A stretch of DNA of 64,000 nucleotides from Methylophilaceae bacterium (lineage in GTDB: Bacteria > Pseudomonadota > Gammaproteobacteria > Burkholderiales > Methylophilaceae): assembly GCA_043758775.1 (NCBI GenBank), contig JAYVMU010000037.1:8318-72317 (forward strand), read 5' to 3'. The stretch's first letter is position 1. Every line of letters starts with the position of its first letter. The notes beneath the pieces are model-generated. The model was given only the letters and a program-made list of their open reading frames with translations, did no database searches and had not been told where the DNA came from. Made by a program: the position numbers and the translations under genes. This document shows, piece by piece, positions 7,516 to 17,455 of this stretch.

Positions 7516-8307
7516 TTATACAATTGCACACTGTTTGGTGTCACTAGCAATCACGCAGATTCGGCTAAAATCATCAGCTTCCAGCGCGCAACGTCCAACT
7601 AAGCTACCATCTACGTCTGGCATTGTAAGTATGGTGCATGCATTCTCTGGCGTCACGCTACCACCGTAGATAATGCGTACTTGCTGTGCAAAATCTGCAT
7701 CACGTTCTGCGATTAAATTTCTGATAAATAAATGCATGGCTTGTGCTTGTTGCGGGTCAGCTGTTTCGCCAGTGCCAATTGCCCATACCGGTTCATAGGC
7801 AATTACAGCATTCAGTTGTTTTGCTCGCTCGAATGTTACATCATCTAAACCCTTAGTGATTGCCAATATTTGGCTTTTGATAATACTCTGAGCCAGCCCG
7901 GCTTCACGTTCATCTAAGGTTTCGCCTACGCAATAAATGGGTGTGATGCCCGCAGATAATGCACGAGTGAATCGAGTGGCCGCTTTTTGATTACTCTCGT
8001 GGCTTAATGCACGACGTTCCGAATGCCCGATAATGGCAAAAGTACAGCCGAACTCAGCAATCATCGTAGCGGAGATTGATGACGTAAAAGCGCCTTCCTC
8101 AAACTGACTCACATTCTGCGCGCCCCACGCAATATTTGTGCCCACTAATAAGGTTTGTGCTTGAAATAGATAAGTATACGGCACACAAATTGCAAAATCT
8201 GCCGTATTTAACCCATTTAAATTTTTGAGCAAGCTGGCAATGAGCACTTTATTCCGTGCCAAATTGCCATGCAATTTCCAATTGCCCACTACTAACTTGC
8301 GTCGCAT
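7516..8307 (-). CDS. tpiA: triosephosphate isomerase-like protein (divergent paralog)
   Basis: GNWK, IIGHSERR, AYEPVWAIGTG and IYGGS motifs are present. ATG 8307 (MRRKLVVGNWK) is preferred over the track start at 8331. It deviates from the canonical motifs GAFTGE (here GAFTSS) and LVGGASL (here LVGRCAL). Confidence 0.8.
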   Translation of the reverse strand: MRRKLVVGNWKLHGNLARNKVLIASLLKNLNGLNTADFAICVPYTYLFQAQTLLVGTNIAWGAQNVSQFEEGAFTSSISATMIAEFGCTFAIIGHSERRALSHESNQKAATRFTRALSAGITPIYCVGETLDEREAGLAQSIIKSQILAITKGLDDVTFERAKQLNAVIAYEPVWAIGTGETADPQQAQAMHLFIRNLIAERDADFAQQVRIIYGGSVTPENACTILTMPDVDGSLVGRCALEADDFSRICVIASDTKQCAIV

Positions 8308-8340
8308 TATTATCCTTGTAATACCAATCAAAATTTAAAA

Positions 8341-9405
8341 CTAATACACAATAGAGTTTAACTCGCCATTTGCATAACGCGCAGCCATACGATCCATCGC
8401 AATCACTTTAATCTGGCTCGCCATGCCTGCACTGCCAAACGCCTCAAAACGCTCCTTACACAACTGCTTCGCCGCTACTATGGCTGCTTTAAAAAAGACT
8501 CGCGGATCAAACTCTTCAGGATTTTCTACCATTTTCTTACGTATTGCCGCGGTCATTGCCAGACGTATATCAGTATCAATATTTACTTTACGCACGCCAT
8601 TTTTAATCCCTTCTACAATTTGTGAAACAGGTACGCCATAGGTTTCTTTTATTACCCCGCCATACTTTCTGATGGTTTCTAGAATTTCTTGCGAAACACT
8701 GGACGAGCCATGCATCACCAAATGTGTATTAGGAATACGCTGGTGAATCGCTTTAATTCTATCGATTGCTAACATATCGCTAGTTGGTGGACGACTGAAT
8801 TTATAAGCACCATGGCTGGTACCAATCGCAATCGCCAAGGCATCCACCTGCGTGGCTTTTACAAATTCCGCAGCCTCATTGGGGTCCGTGAGCAATTGCG
8901 ACTCATCTAAAACACCAATTGCGCCGCCGCCATCTTCCTCACCGGCTTGCCTGGTTTCTAAAGAGCCTAAACAACCTAACTCACCTTCTACCGAAACACC
9001 AACGGCATGTGCTAACTCAACCACACGTCGCGTGACATCGACATTGTAAGCATAGCAGGCAGGTGTTTTCGCATCACTTTGCAATGAGCCATCCATCATC
9101 ACACTAGAAAACCCACTACGAATTGCCGTTTGGCAAACTGCCGGCGACGCACCATGATCCTGGTGCATACAGATAGGCAAATGCGGGTATTGCTCTACGG
9201 CTGCCTCAACCAGTTTACGTAAGAACGGCTCACCAGCATAACCTCTAGCACCTGCTGAGGCTTGCAAAATCACCGGGCTATCCACTTCATTAGCCGCCTG
9301 CAATATGGACAATATTTGTTCCATATTATTCACATTAAAAGCCGGCAGGCCGTAGCTGTGTTCGGCCGCATGATCCAACAATTGTCTTAATGAAATCAGT
9401 GCCAT
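8341..9405 (-). CDS. fba: class II fructose-1,6-bisphosphate aldolase (Calvin-cycle/CbbA-like subtype)
   Basis: 354 aa, with [20 protein letters not shown] and VMHGSSSV motifs. Confidence 0.9.
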   Translation of the reverse strand: MALISLRQLLDHAAEHSYGLPAFNVNNMEQILSILQAANEVDSPVILQASAGARGYAGEPFLRKLVEAAVEQYPHLPICMHQDHGASPAVCQTAIRSGFSSVMMDGSLQSDAKTPACYAYNVDVTRRVVELAHAVGVSVEGELGCLGSLETRQAGEEDGGGAIGVLDESQLLTDPNEAAEFVKATQVDALAIAIGTSHGAYKFSRPPTSDMLAIDRIKAIHQRIPNTHLVMHGSSSVSQEILETIRKYGGVIKETYGVPVSQIVEGIKNGVRKVNIDTDIRLAMTAAIRKKMVENPEEFDPRVFFKAAIVAAKQLCKERFEAFGSAGMASQIKVIAMDRMAARYANGELNSIVY

Positions 9406-9420
9406 AATAGTTTTCCTTTT

Positions 9421-10515
9421 TTATTGCATCGCGTTTGGCAAAGAATATTGATCAAACAAATTTACATCAAACTCAGCGTGATATAGCTCAATCAAACTAA
9501 CCTCTAACCGTGACCCCATAATAACGGGAACACGCTGATGAATCTGACTAGGCTGCAACTGTAAAATTCGTTCACGGCCAGTGGAGCTCTTACCGCCAGC
9601 CTGTTCCACAATAAATCCCATCGGATTAGCCTCATAGAGCAAGCGCAAACGACCCGCTTTGCTGGGTAGCTTATTATCTTTTGGGTAAAGATACACGCCA
9701 CCACGCATCAAAATTCTATGAATATCAGCCACCATGCTCGCTACCCAACGCATATTAAAATCTCGCCCACGTACACCAGTGGTGCCGGCATCACATTCCG
9801 CAATATATTGTTGTACTGGGATTTCCCAAAAACGTTGATTACTTGTATTGATAGCATATTCAGAAGTGATTTCAGGTATCTGGATATCTGGGTGGGTTAA
9901 TCTAAACTTTTGGCTTTCGGCATCTAAAGTAAAGCCTTGTGTACCTCTACCAATGGTGAGTACCAACATGATAGCTGGCCCATATAGTACGTAGCCCGCA
10001 GCAAGTTGCGCAATGCCAACCTGCAAATAATCAGCATAGCTGGGCAAGCTGTTTTTAAGCGCTTTAGGGTTTGATGAAGGAAGAATAGAAAAAATTGAAC
10101 CTACCGCGCCATTTACCGCAATATTAGATGAACCATCAAGTGGGTCAAAAGCTACTAAAAATGGCGCCTTTTCTTTACCACTAAACAAATAAGGTAAATC
10201 CAATTCTTCAGAAACTGCACCGGCAACTAAACCGCTCTTTTCTAGGCTAACAATGAATAAATCATTGCTCAACACATCCAGTTGCATCTGCGTTTCACCT
10301 TGCACATTGGTCGTTGTGAGCTTGGCTGTTGTCTCGTCCAACGCACCTTTTGCAACCAGTACTGCAATGGTTTTTATGCAATCAGCAATGTCTAGCAACA
10401 AGGTTGTCAGCACGCTGCCATTAGGCAAATCCTGCGCTGCATGAGCTAGATATTGCTGCAAGGTAGCAGCATCATGCCTGCCATTATCAGCGCTGTTTTT
10501 GATAGCTTGTGTCAT
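9421..10515 (-). CDS. fbp: class 1 fructose-1,6-bisphosphatase
   Basis: FDPLDGSSNIAVNG metal site, GGVYLYP and EANPMGFIVEQAGG. 364 aa. Confidence 0.9.
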   Translation of the reverse strand: MTQAIKNSADNGRHDAATLQQYLAHAAQDLPNGSVLTTLLLDIADCIKTIAVLVAKGALDETTAKLTTTNVQGETQMQLDVLSNDLFIVSLEKSGLVAGAVSEELDLPYLFSGKEKAPFLVAFDPLDGSSNIAVNGAVGSIFSILPSSNPKALKNSLPSYADYLQVGIAQLAAGYVLYGPAIMLVLTIGRGTQGFTLDAESQKFRLTHPDIQIPEITSEYAINTSNQRFWEIPVQQYIAECDAGTTGVRGRDFNMRWVASMVADIHRILMRGGVYLYPKDNKLPSKAGRLRLLYEANPMGFIVEQAGGKSSTGRERILQLQPSQIHQRVPVIMGSRLEVSLIELYHAEFDVNLFDQYSLPNAMQ

Positions 10516-10633
10516 TTATTTAATCTTAACTTTCTGCTTTATCCTAAATTAATTCAAAAGCTTGCCATAACTATATGACGTATACTGTAGAAAGAATGTT
10601 CATTAAAGTAAATTAACAAATTCTTGTGTCATG

Positions 10634-10650
10634 CTTAAGTTTTACTTAAG
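10634..10650. promoter_or_regulatory. candidate LysR-type (T-N11-A) operator
   Basis: CTTAAG-TTTTA-CTTAAG is a perfect palindrome containing TAAG-N5-CTTA (T-N11-A). It lies in the divergent fbp / LysR intergenic region, 28 nt upstream of the regulator ATG. Confidence 0.45.
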
Positions 10651-10677
10651 TATGCCTTGTTTATATGAGTTTTACTA

Positions 10678-11604
10678 ATGCGAAACCTCACTTTACGCCA
10701 AATCAAAATTTTTCTTAGTGCAGCAAAACACTTAAGCTTTTTGCGGGCGGCAGAGGAATTACACATTACAGGTTCTGCCGTTTCATTACAAATCAAGGAA
10801 ATGGAAGGTGATATAGGGGTAAGCCTGTTCAGTCGTGAAAATAGAAAAGTATCACTCACTACGGCTGGCGAACATTTTTTAACTTATGCAAATGAAATAG
10901 CCAACACACTCACTAAAGCCAGTGCAGCAATGAATAGCTTACGTGGCACGCATATGGGCATACTCAAAATTGGCTTAGTCAGCACTACACGCTATTTTTT
11001 GCCATCATTATTGGTCGAGTTTAAAAAAAATTTCCCTAATGTGCAAATCAAGATAGATGTAAAAAATCGCGAACAGTTAATTGCATTGGTGCGTGATGGC
11101 GAAATTGATATTGCGATTATGGGCAAGCCACCTAAAGCGCTTAATGCCCGTGCCGAGCCATTTGCTAATCACCCACATCTGTTTATTGCCAGCCCTAAGC
11201 ATCCGCTTGCAAACAAAACCAATTTAGCACCTCAAGTATTAAATCAGGTGGAAATTATCTCTAGAGAACAAGGTTCTGGTACACGCTATATCATGGAAAA
11301 ATACCTGTCAGAGCATGGGTTATCACCACTGGTACGCATGGAAATGTCGGGCAATGAAACCATCAAACAGGCTGTGATGGTGAATTTGGGTGTTTCTTTT
11401 GTTTCGCTGCACACCATAGGCCAGGAAATTGCCAATCAACAAATCATTGTTTTAGATATTCAACATACACCTGTGATAAGGGTATGGCATGTAGTGACGC
11501 CGAATAAGCGCGAGGCTTCGCCAGCGGCAGAGGCTTTCCGTCATTTTATGCTGGAAAAAGCCGAAGGTATATTGAATGATTTATTTGTCGTGTGCCCGTG
11601 CTAA
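10678..11604 (+). CDS. LysR-family transcriptional regulator, CbbR-like
   Basis: HTH LSFLRAAEELHITGSAVSLQIKEME. The effector domain has LVSTTRYFLPSLL and DIAIMGKPP, which resemble CbbR. It is divergent from fbp-fba-tpi. Confidence 0.8.
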   Translation: MRNLTLRQIKIFLSAAKHLSFLRAAEELHITGSAVSLQIKEMEGDIGVSLFSRENRKVSLTTAGEHFLTYANEIANTLTKASAAMNSLRGTHMGILKIGLVSTTRYFLPSLLVEFKKNFPNVQIKIDVKNREQLIALVRDGEIDIAIMGKPPKALNARAEPFANHPHLFIASPKHPLANKTNLAPQVLNQVEIISREQGSGTRYIMEKYLSEHGLSPLVRMEMSGNETIKQAVMVNLGVSFVSLHTIGQEIANQQIIVLDIQHTPVIRVWHVVTPNKREASPAAEAFRHFMLEKAEGILNDLFVVCPC

Positions 11605-11609
11605 ATAAA

Positions 11610-12422
11610 CTACTTCAGCAACAGATTCAGTATTAATTGAGCTGCGGTAAAACCAAATGGCGCAGTCACACTCACTGAAGAACCATAGCCAGCACAGTTT
11701 AAACCGGTAATGCCAACCTCAACTTCACAGCTATCTTCGGTTTCATTCTCAGCATTTGAAACTGGCCCAATGATTTTCTCATCCGAATAAACGGCTTGAA
11801 TGCCAAATTTCAGTTGCTTCCCATCCCTAATATTGGCGCTATCACTTCCTTTCGGGAAAGCATGGTCACGCCGTAATTGATTACGCATTTTTTCCAACAA
11901 CCGATCACCCGTCACACTGGCTAAATCAGCCACTTTAATTTTAGTCGGGTCTAAACGCCCGCCCGCACCACCCACTGTAATAAGTGGTAGTTGATGCGCC
12001 TTGCAATAAGCCGCAATAGCCACTTTAGCCTTAGCGTCGTCAATCGCATCCAATATCGCATCGTAGCCATTAGCCAACATAGCCGTTACATTTTCAGTGG
12101 TCACAAAATCTTCAATCTCATGCACTGAGGCTGCTGGATTAATCGCACGGATACGTTCTGCCATAGCGGTGACTTTGGCTTTGCCAAAACTCTCATCAAG
12201 TGCGTGAATCTGTCGATTAACGTTAGATTCAGCAATGTTATCCAAGTCTATCAAAGTGATAGTGCCGACCGCATTGCGCGCCAATGCCTCGGCCGCCCAG
12301 GAACCGACACCACCAATGCCAATGACACACACATGTGCCGCCTGAAACTTGGCTAAGCCAGCTACGCCATACAAGCGACGCACGCCGCTAAAACGGCGTG
12401 AAAAATCTGGTGTGTCCATCAA
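11610..12422 (-). CDS. tcdA: tRNA threonylcarbamoyladenosine dehydratase (ThiF/MoeB-type E1-like)
   Basis: VCVIGIGGVGSWAAEALAR nucleotide-binding loop, NRQIHAL, 270 aa. Confidence 0.8.
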   Translation of the reverse strand: MMDTPDFSRRFSGVRRLYGVAGLAKFQAAHVCVIGIGGVGSWAAEALARNAVGTITLIDLDNIAESNVNRQIHALDESFGKAKVTAMAERIRAINPAASVHEIEDFVTTENVTAMLANGYDAILDAIDDAKAKVAIAAYCKAHQLPLITVGGAGGRLDPTKIKVADLASVTGDRLLEKMRNQLRRDHAFPKGSDSANIRDGKQLKFGIQAVYSDEKIIGPVSNAENETEDSCEVEVGITGLNCAGYGSSVSVTAPFGFTAAQLILNLLLK

Positions 12423-12424
12423 TG

Positions 12425-12802
12425 TCAGGTTTCTAGAATAACAAACGCAGCGGCGAGATTTTTCTCATCGCTGATTGAGATATGCTGGTGCACAATACTT
12501 TTCTCATCCACCAAGGCTTGCAACGCAGATGAAAAAGCCAATAATGGCTTACCTAAGGCATCATGCGTGACGCTGATATTTTGAAACGTGACGACACCAC
12601 GTAAACCGGTGCCAAAAGCTTTGCTGAAAGCTTCTTTGGCCGCAAAACGTTTAGCCAGAAAACGTGCTTTGGTATGGCTAGACTCAAAGCCCAGCAGTTC
12701 ATCCACGGTTAAAATGCGCTGGGCAAAGGCATGGCCAAACTGGCTGAGTGAAGCCTCGATGCGCGCAACTTCAACAATATCGGTACCGATGCCAAATATC
12801 AT
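12425..12802 (-). CDS. acpS: holo-[acyl-carrier-protein] synthase
   Basis: [13 protein letters not shown]-terminus, 125 aa, 4-nt overlap with the pdxJ stop. Confidence 0.9.
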   Translation of the reverse strand: MIFGIGTDIVEVARIEASLSQFGHAFAQRILTVDELLGFESSHTKARFLAKRFAAKEAFSKAFGTGLRGVVTFQNISVTHDALGKPLLAFSSALQALVDEKSIVHQHISISDEKNLAAAFVILET

Positions 12803-13527
12803 TTAACAACAGCTTCTTTCATCAACGCTTTCATCTCACTTACCGCGTTATCCCAGCCGACAAACAAGGCATGTGCCACAATGGCATGACCGATATTCAG
12901 TTCTTCAATCCCGGGAATTGCCGCGACCAGATGCACATTATGATAATGTAAGCCGTGACCTGCATTAACCACCAAACCAAGACTCAGGCCATGCACCACA
13001 GCTAGTTTGATGCGCTCTAGTTCTGCTGATTTCTCGGATTCAATTTCCGCATCGGCAAATGCACCAGTATGGAGTTCGATCACTGGTGCGCCCGCTTTCT
13101 TCGCTGCATCAATCTGTGCAATATCAGGGCCAATAAACAGTGAGACTCGAATACCTGCATCACCTAGTTTTTGACAGGCTTCTTTTACTTTATCAAAGTA
13201 ACGCACAACGTCTAAACCGCCTTCAGTAGTACGTTCTTCACGTCGCTCTGGCACCAAACAAACATCCTGTGGCTTAACTTGTAAGGCGATGTCTATCATT
13301 TCATCGGTCACTGCACATTCAAGATTCATCTTGGTCTGTAGCAAAGGACGCAAGGCAAAAATATCCGCATCCTGCATATGACGGCGATCTTCACGCAGAT
13401 GTAACGTAATACTATCTGCGCCAGATTGTTCTGCCCTCAGTGCGGCTTGTACGACACTGGGGTAGCGTGTGCCACGTGCCTGACGAATAGTTGCAACGTG
13501 GTCGATATTGACACCTAGTTTAATCAT
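12799..13527 (-). CDS. pdxJ: pyridoxine 5'-phosphate synthase
   Basis: [16 protein letters not shown], 242 aa, conserved position before acpS. Confidence 0.95.
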   Translation of the reverse strand: MIKLGVNIDHVATIRQARGTRYPSVVQAALRAEQSGADSITLHLREDRRHMQDADIFALRPLLQTKMNLECAVTDEMIDIALQVKPQDVCLVPERREERTTEGGLDVVRYFDKVKEACQKLGDAGIRVSLFIGPDIAQIDAAKKAGAPVIELHTGAFADAEIESEKSAELERIKLAVVHGLSLGLVVNAGHGLHYHNVHLVAAIPGIEELNIGHAIVAHALFVGWDNAVSEMKALMKEAVVK

Positions 13528-13536
13528 TATGTATTT

Positions 13537-14271
13537 TTAAAGTCCTTGTAGATCGATTAACAACTGCCGCGTATGTAGTGGTTTATCACCTAGATAATGG
13601 GCTAGTAAATAACGCATTAACTGCTTGCTCTGCAACTTGGTCTGGGCATTACTATAATCGCCTTGTGCCATATCCAGCATGGTTTTACCTAATAATTGTA
13701 CGCCATTTTGAGCTGTATTTAATGTAGTGCTTGATAGATTAGCACCATAATAGGCCTCATAGCGATAAGTGCGCTCCGGGTCGATTGCCATTTCGTTCTC
13801 ATCGTGCGTAAGCGGCACGGCATAACCCATTTCTTGCAGCATAGTCAGTTCAAACTTGCGTAAAGTATTAGCTAAATCTTTCGCCGTCATTAGCGTTTGT
13901 AAGGTTTGTGTATAGTAGTCAAACAAACCTCCATGTGCATCCTCGCGTGGTAACAAACGTAGCAGCAGCTCATTGAGATAAAAACCACACATTAAAGCCT
14001 CACCACGCAGTAATAACAAGCCCGCTGACCAATCCAGACTATGTAATGTACGTAATTCATTTTTGCCCGACCACGCAGCCGATAATGTCTGAAATGATTG
14101 CAACATACCGCGCATGGCAGACCGTGGTCGGCGTGCACCTTTAGCCACTGCGGCGATGCGGCCAAAGTCTTTACTAAACAACTCAACCACCAAGCTGGTT
14201 TCTTTAAACGGATAGGTGTGCAAAACATAGACGGACTGACCGTCTTGACGAAGAGAGGGGCTGACTGACAT
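13537..14271 (-). CDS. recO: DNA repair protein RecO
   Basis: 244 aa. N-terminal OB-fold region (YVLHTYPFKETSLVVELFS) and conserved position upstream of pdxJ. Confidence 0.85.
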   Translation of the reverse strand: MSVSPSLRQDGQSVYVLHTYPFKETSLVVELFSKDFGRIAAVAKGARRPRSAMRGMLQSFQTLSAAWSGKNELRTLHSLDWSAGLLLLRGEALMCGFYLNELLLRLLPREDAHGGLFDYYTQTLQTLMTAKDLANTLRKFELTMLQEMGYAVPLTHDENEMAIDPERTYRYEAYYGANLSSTTLNTAQNGVQLLGKTMLDMAQGDYSNAQTKLQSKQLMRYLLAHYLGDKPLHTRQLLIDLQGL

Positions 14272-14290
14272 TTCTAATAATTAGAAACCA

Positions 14291-15727
14291 TTATTTAATG
14301 CCCGCATCAAACTGAAAACTAGCGCCTGTCGGTGTGCCAGTAGGTGTACAAGCAAAAGCACCTTGGGCATTAATTTGTAAATTAGTAACACTGACATCAA
14401 ATCCATTAGCGTCAGCAACTGGCGTATAAGTATAAGTCGCACCATTGTTATTAGAAAAACTGACGCTATCAGTAGTGCTAGCTAAGCCTGCAAAAGTGTA
14501 AACCAACGTACTGCTTGGGCTACCTTGCGTAAATAATACCGGGCCACTACCTGATGCACCTAAATCACCCACATACAATTTGGCATTCAGCGGGATAGCA
14601 TCCGACAATATGATGCTATTGCTATCCGCACTACCTCCACCTTGATTACTTATTCCCATCGTATATCTAGCGCGCCCGCCAGGGATATATTTGGGGTTGA
14701 TCGTGTTGTTAACCGGGTCAGAAAATGGAGTCACTGTTTTGCTAAAGCTGAAGACTGGGTTGTTAGCGTTCACTGGATTAATCGCTACCGTCACATTGTT
14801 GGCAGGGCATTGTGGTGCACGAGTTGTTAAATTAGTAGTGGTCCAAATAGTATAAGCACCACTTGGTGTTTTAAATTGCCCTTCTTGCACGCCATCACAG
14901 CAATCCTCAAAGCCGTAATCTCGCATAACATGATAGCCTATCGGGCTAAGAGACACTGATGCATTAGCCAGAATTTGCGAAGCTGTGGCGTAACTACCTG
15001 CCCAGTACATATTGGTCCACCTTTCCTGTACTATTTGGTCATCAATATACATGCCGCCACCTCGTCCATAATCAGGCCCATTCCTAAAACCCCAATTACC
15101 TGTTGTGCTGGCATTAAAAAAACCAAGGAAGCTAAACGCAATATTACTGTTTACACCACCAGTAAATTGATTAGTATTAGAAATATTAGTCCAACTAGTG
15201 ATGATTTTGCAGCCATAGCCCGCAGTATCCGTTCCTGCAGCAAACGCCGCTTCAGCTGTCGCACGGCTTGTCGGAGAAGCTGTGGAGTTACGTGTCCAAA
15301 TGCGAATACCCGCCTGGCTAAAGGTATTAACCGCATCACTTACATTAGCTGCGCCGCTTTTAGCATAATAAATATAAATGGTTTTACTTGCCCCAGCGGC
15401 CAAACTGGGGATTTTCACCCACGCGGTAGTACTAGCACTAGCTAAAGCCCGAGGTTCAACAAACGAGCTAAGTAGTGTTATGTCATTTGTATCAACCGCT
15501 CTAAAATCATTAGAGGCATTTGCAAAAACATAACCAGGAAAATTAGCTGCGTTCACTGTTAGTTGAATCTCATAATTAGTGAGCGCAACTAACGAGCCGT
15601 TGGCAATGGTCACTGGCACGCGTTTAGCCCACGTGCAATCCCACCAGGCAAGTGCAGTACTAGAATAAAAGCCCAGACACAACAAGAAGCACTGTAAAAA
15701 AACTATTTTTTTAATATTAAATTGCAT
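14291..15727 (-). CDS. secreted DUF2341-domain protein with beta-sandwich (PA14-like?) and DUF11-like C-terminal regions
   Basis: Signal peptide MQFNIKKIVFLQCFLLCLGFYSSTALA. WWDCTWAKRVPVTIANGS...AWVKIPSLAAGASKTIYIYYAKSG fits the DUF2341 pattern. The rest is Thr/Ser/Asn/Gly-rich beta sequence. ATG 15727 is preferred over the track start at 15742. Confidence 0.7.
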   Translation of the reverse strand: MQFNIKKIVFLQCFLLCLGFYSSTALAWWDCTWAKRVPVTIANGSLVALTNYEIQLTVNAANFPGYVFANASNDFRAVDTNDITLLSSFVEPRALASASTTAWVKIPSLAAGASKTIYIYYAKSGAANVSDAVNTFSQAGIRIWTRNSTASPTSRATAEAAFAAGTDTAGYGCKIITSWTNISNTNQFTGGVNSNIAFSFLGFFNASTTGNWGFRNGPDYGRGGGMYIDDQIVQERWTNMYWAGSYATASQILANASVSLSPIGYHVMRDYGFEDCCDGVQEGQFKTPSGAYTIWTTTNLTTRAPQCPANNVTVAINPVNANNPVFSFSKTVTPFSDPVNNTINPKYIPGGRARYTMGISNQGGGSADSNSIILSDAIPLNAKLYVGDLGASGSGPVLFTQGSPSSTLVYTFAGLASTTDSVSFSNNNGATYTYTPVADANGFDVSVTNLQINAQGAFACTPTGTPTGASFQFDAGIK

Positions 15728-15774
15728 TTTTAATCCATGCATATTGTTATTAATGAATAAAAAATATGGCTATA

Positions 15775-16767
15775 TCAGTAACCTAGACTTTTCACCGCCC
15801 GCGCATCATCAGCCCAACCACCTTTAACCTTGACCCAGGTTTCCAGATAAACTTTACCATCAAATAATTTTTCCATATCCTGCCTGGCTTCGGTAGAAAT
15901 CTGTTTAAGTTTCTCACCACCTTTGCCAATCAGCATCGGTTTCTGGCTTTCCTTATCGACAATAATCGCGACAAAAATACGACGTAATTTACCATCTATT
16001 TCAAACTTTTCAACTTCCACTGCTACAGAATAAGGGATCTCGTCACCGAGCAATCTGAATATCTTCTCACGCACCAATTCTGCCGCTAAGAAGCGCTCAT
16101 TTTTATCCGTCAGTTCGTCCGCGCCATAAATGGCAGGCTGTTCAGGCAAGTATTTTCTGATAGTGCTCAGTAATTCATCGATATTCAATGTTTTCTTAGC
16201 GCTTACAGGGACTATATCAACAAAGGGAAACTCTAAGTCAAAGTCTTGAATCAGTGGTAACACATTGCCTTTATCGCCCATTAAATCCAGCTTATTCACG
16301 ACCAACATCACAGGCTTATCTTTTGGTAATAAGGCCAATACTTTACGGTCAGCATCACCTAGTTTCATAGGTTCAATCACAAATAAAACCAAATCAACTT
16401 CAGTTAATACTTGCGTGACGGTTTTATTCAAACTTTTATTTAAGGTATTGATGTGTTTTTGTTGAAAGCCTGGCGTATCAACAAACAAGAACTGTGTGTC
16501 ATCCGTGGTATGGATACCCAACAAGCGATGGCGCGTGGTTTGCGCTTTACGTGAAGTGATGCTCAGTTTTAAGCCCAGAATATGATTGAGCAAAGTAGAT
16601 TTTCCCACATTGGGGCGGCCAACAATCGCAATTGTGCCACAACGAAATGGACCATGGTCAATCTCGTCTTCATCCACGCTCGGTTCATCAAACGCTAGCT
16701 CTGCAAGTTCTTCTGCACTAAGTTTTGCCGGGTCGAGTGTTTCTGGAATCATTTTTTTAATCATCAT
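15775..16767 (-). CDS. era: GTPase Era
   Basis: [24 protein letters not shown] and a C-terminal KH domain. It has an acidic N-terminal extension of about 40 aa. It abuts the rnc stop. Confidence 0.9.
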   Translation of the reverse strand: MMIKKMIPETLDPAKLSAEELAELAFDEPSVDEDEIDHGPFRCGTIAIVGRPNVGKSTLLNHILGLKLSITSRKAQTTRHRLLGIHTTDDTQFLFVDTPGFQQKHINTLNKSLNKTVTQVLTEVDLVLFVIEPMKLGDADRKVLALLPKDKPVMLVVNKLDLMGDKGNVLPLIQDFDLEFPFVDIVPVSAKKTLNIDELLSTIRKYLPEQPAIYGADELTDKNERFLAAELVREKIFRLLGDEIPYSVAVEVEKFEIDGKLRRIFVAIIVDKESQKPMLIGKGGEKLKQISTEARQDMEKLFDGKVYLETWVKVKGGWADDARAVKSLGY

Positions 16768-17442
16768 TTAATCTTTTCTATTTATTTCTTCCAGCGCACT
16801 TTGCGCTGCTTTTTGCTCTGCAGCACGGCGGCTTACGCCCTCACCCGCTGTTCGACAATTCAGTTTAGCAATCACGCATTCCACACGGAAGATTTGCGCA
16901 TGCGCTTCACCTTCAATAGCAATCACCTGGTAATCTGGTGTATCGATTTTACGCGCTTGCAAAATTTCTTGTAGTAGTGATTTTGAATCCTTGCCTATCA
17001 CTTTAGGGTCGATATTATCTAGTAAATTAGTATACAGCCTAATAATCACAGCTTCAGCCGCTGCATAACCGCCATCTAGATAAACTGCACCAATGATGGC
17101 TTCTAGCGCATCGGCTAAGATAGATGGTCTGCGCCAGCCAGCACTTTTAAGTTCGCCTTCACCTAATTTCAGTGCATCACCCAGATTAAGGGTAAATGCG
17201 ATTTCAGACAGCGTCGCTTCTTTGACCATTTGCGCACGTAATCGGCTTAAATCGCCTTCAGATAGCTTAGAGAAGCGTAAGTAAAGCTGATGCGCAATAA
17301 TAAAATTCAGTGCACCATCACCTAAAAACTCCAAGCGCTCGTTATTAATGCCGCTATAACTACGGTGCGTGAGAGCCTGTTCCAACAGCTTTGGATTTTG
17401 AAAGGTGTAATTTAATTGTCTGTTAAAAACGCTTAGTGCCAT
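16768..17442 (-). CDS. rnc: ribonuclease III
   Basis: NERLEFLGDG signature and a C-terminal dsRBD. 224 aa. Confidence 0.95.
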   Translation of the reverse strand: MALSVFNRQLNYTFQNPKLLEQALTHRSYSGINNERLEFLGDGALNFIIAHQLYLRFSKLSEGDLSRLRAQMVKEATLSEIAFTLNLGDALKLGEGELKSAGWRRPSILADALEAIIGAVYLDGGYAAAEAVIIRLYTNLLDNIDPKVIGKDSKSLLQEILQARKIDTPDYQVIAIEGEAHAQIFRVECVIAKLNCRTAGEGVSRRAAEQKAAQSALEEINRKD

Positions 17443-17455
17443 GGTTTAAATACAG

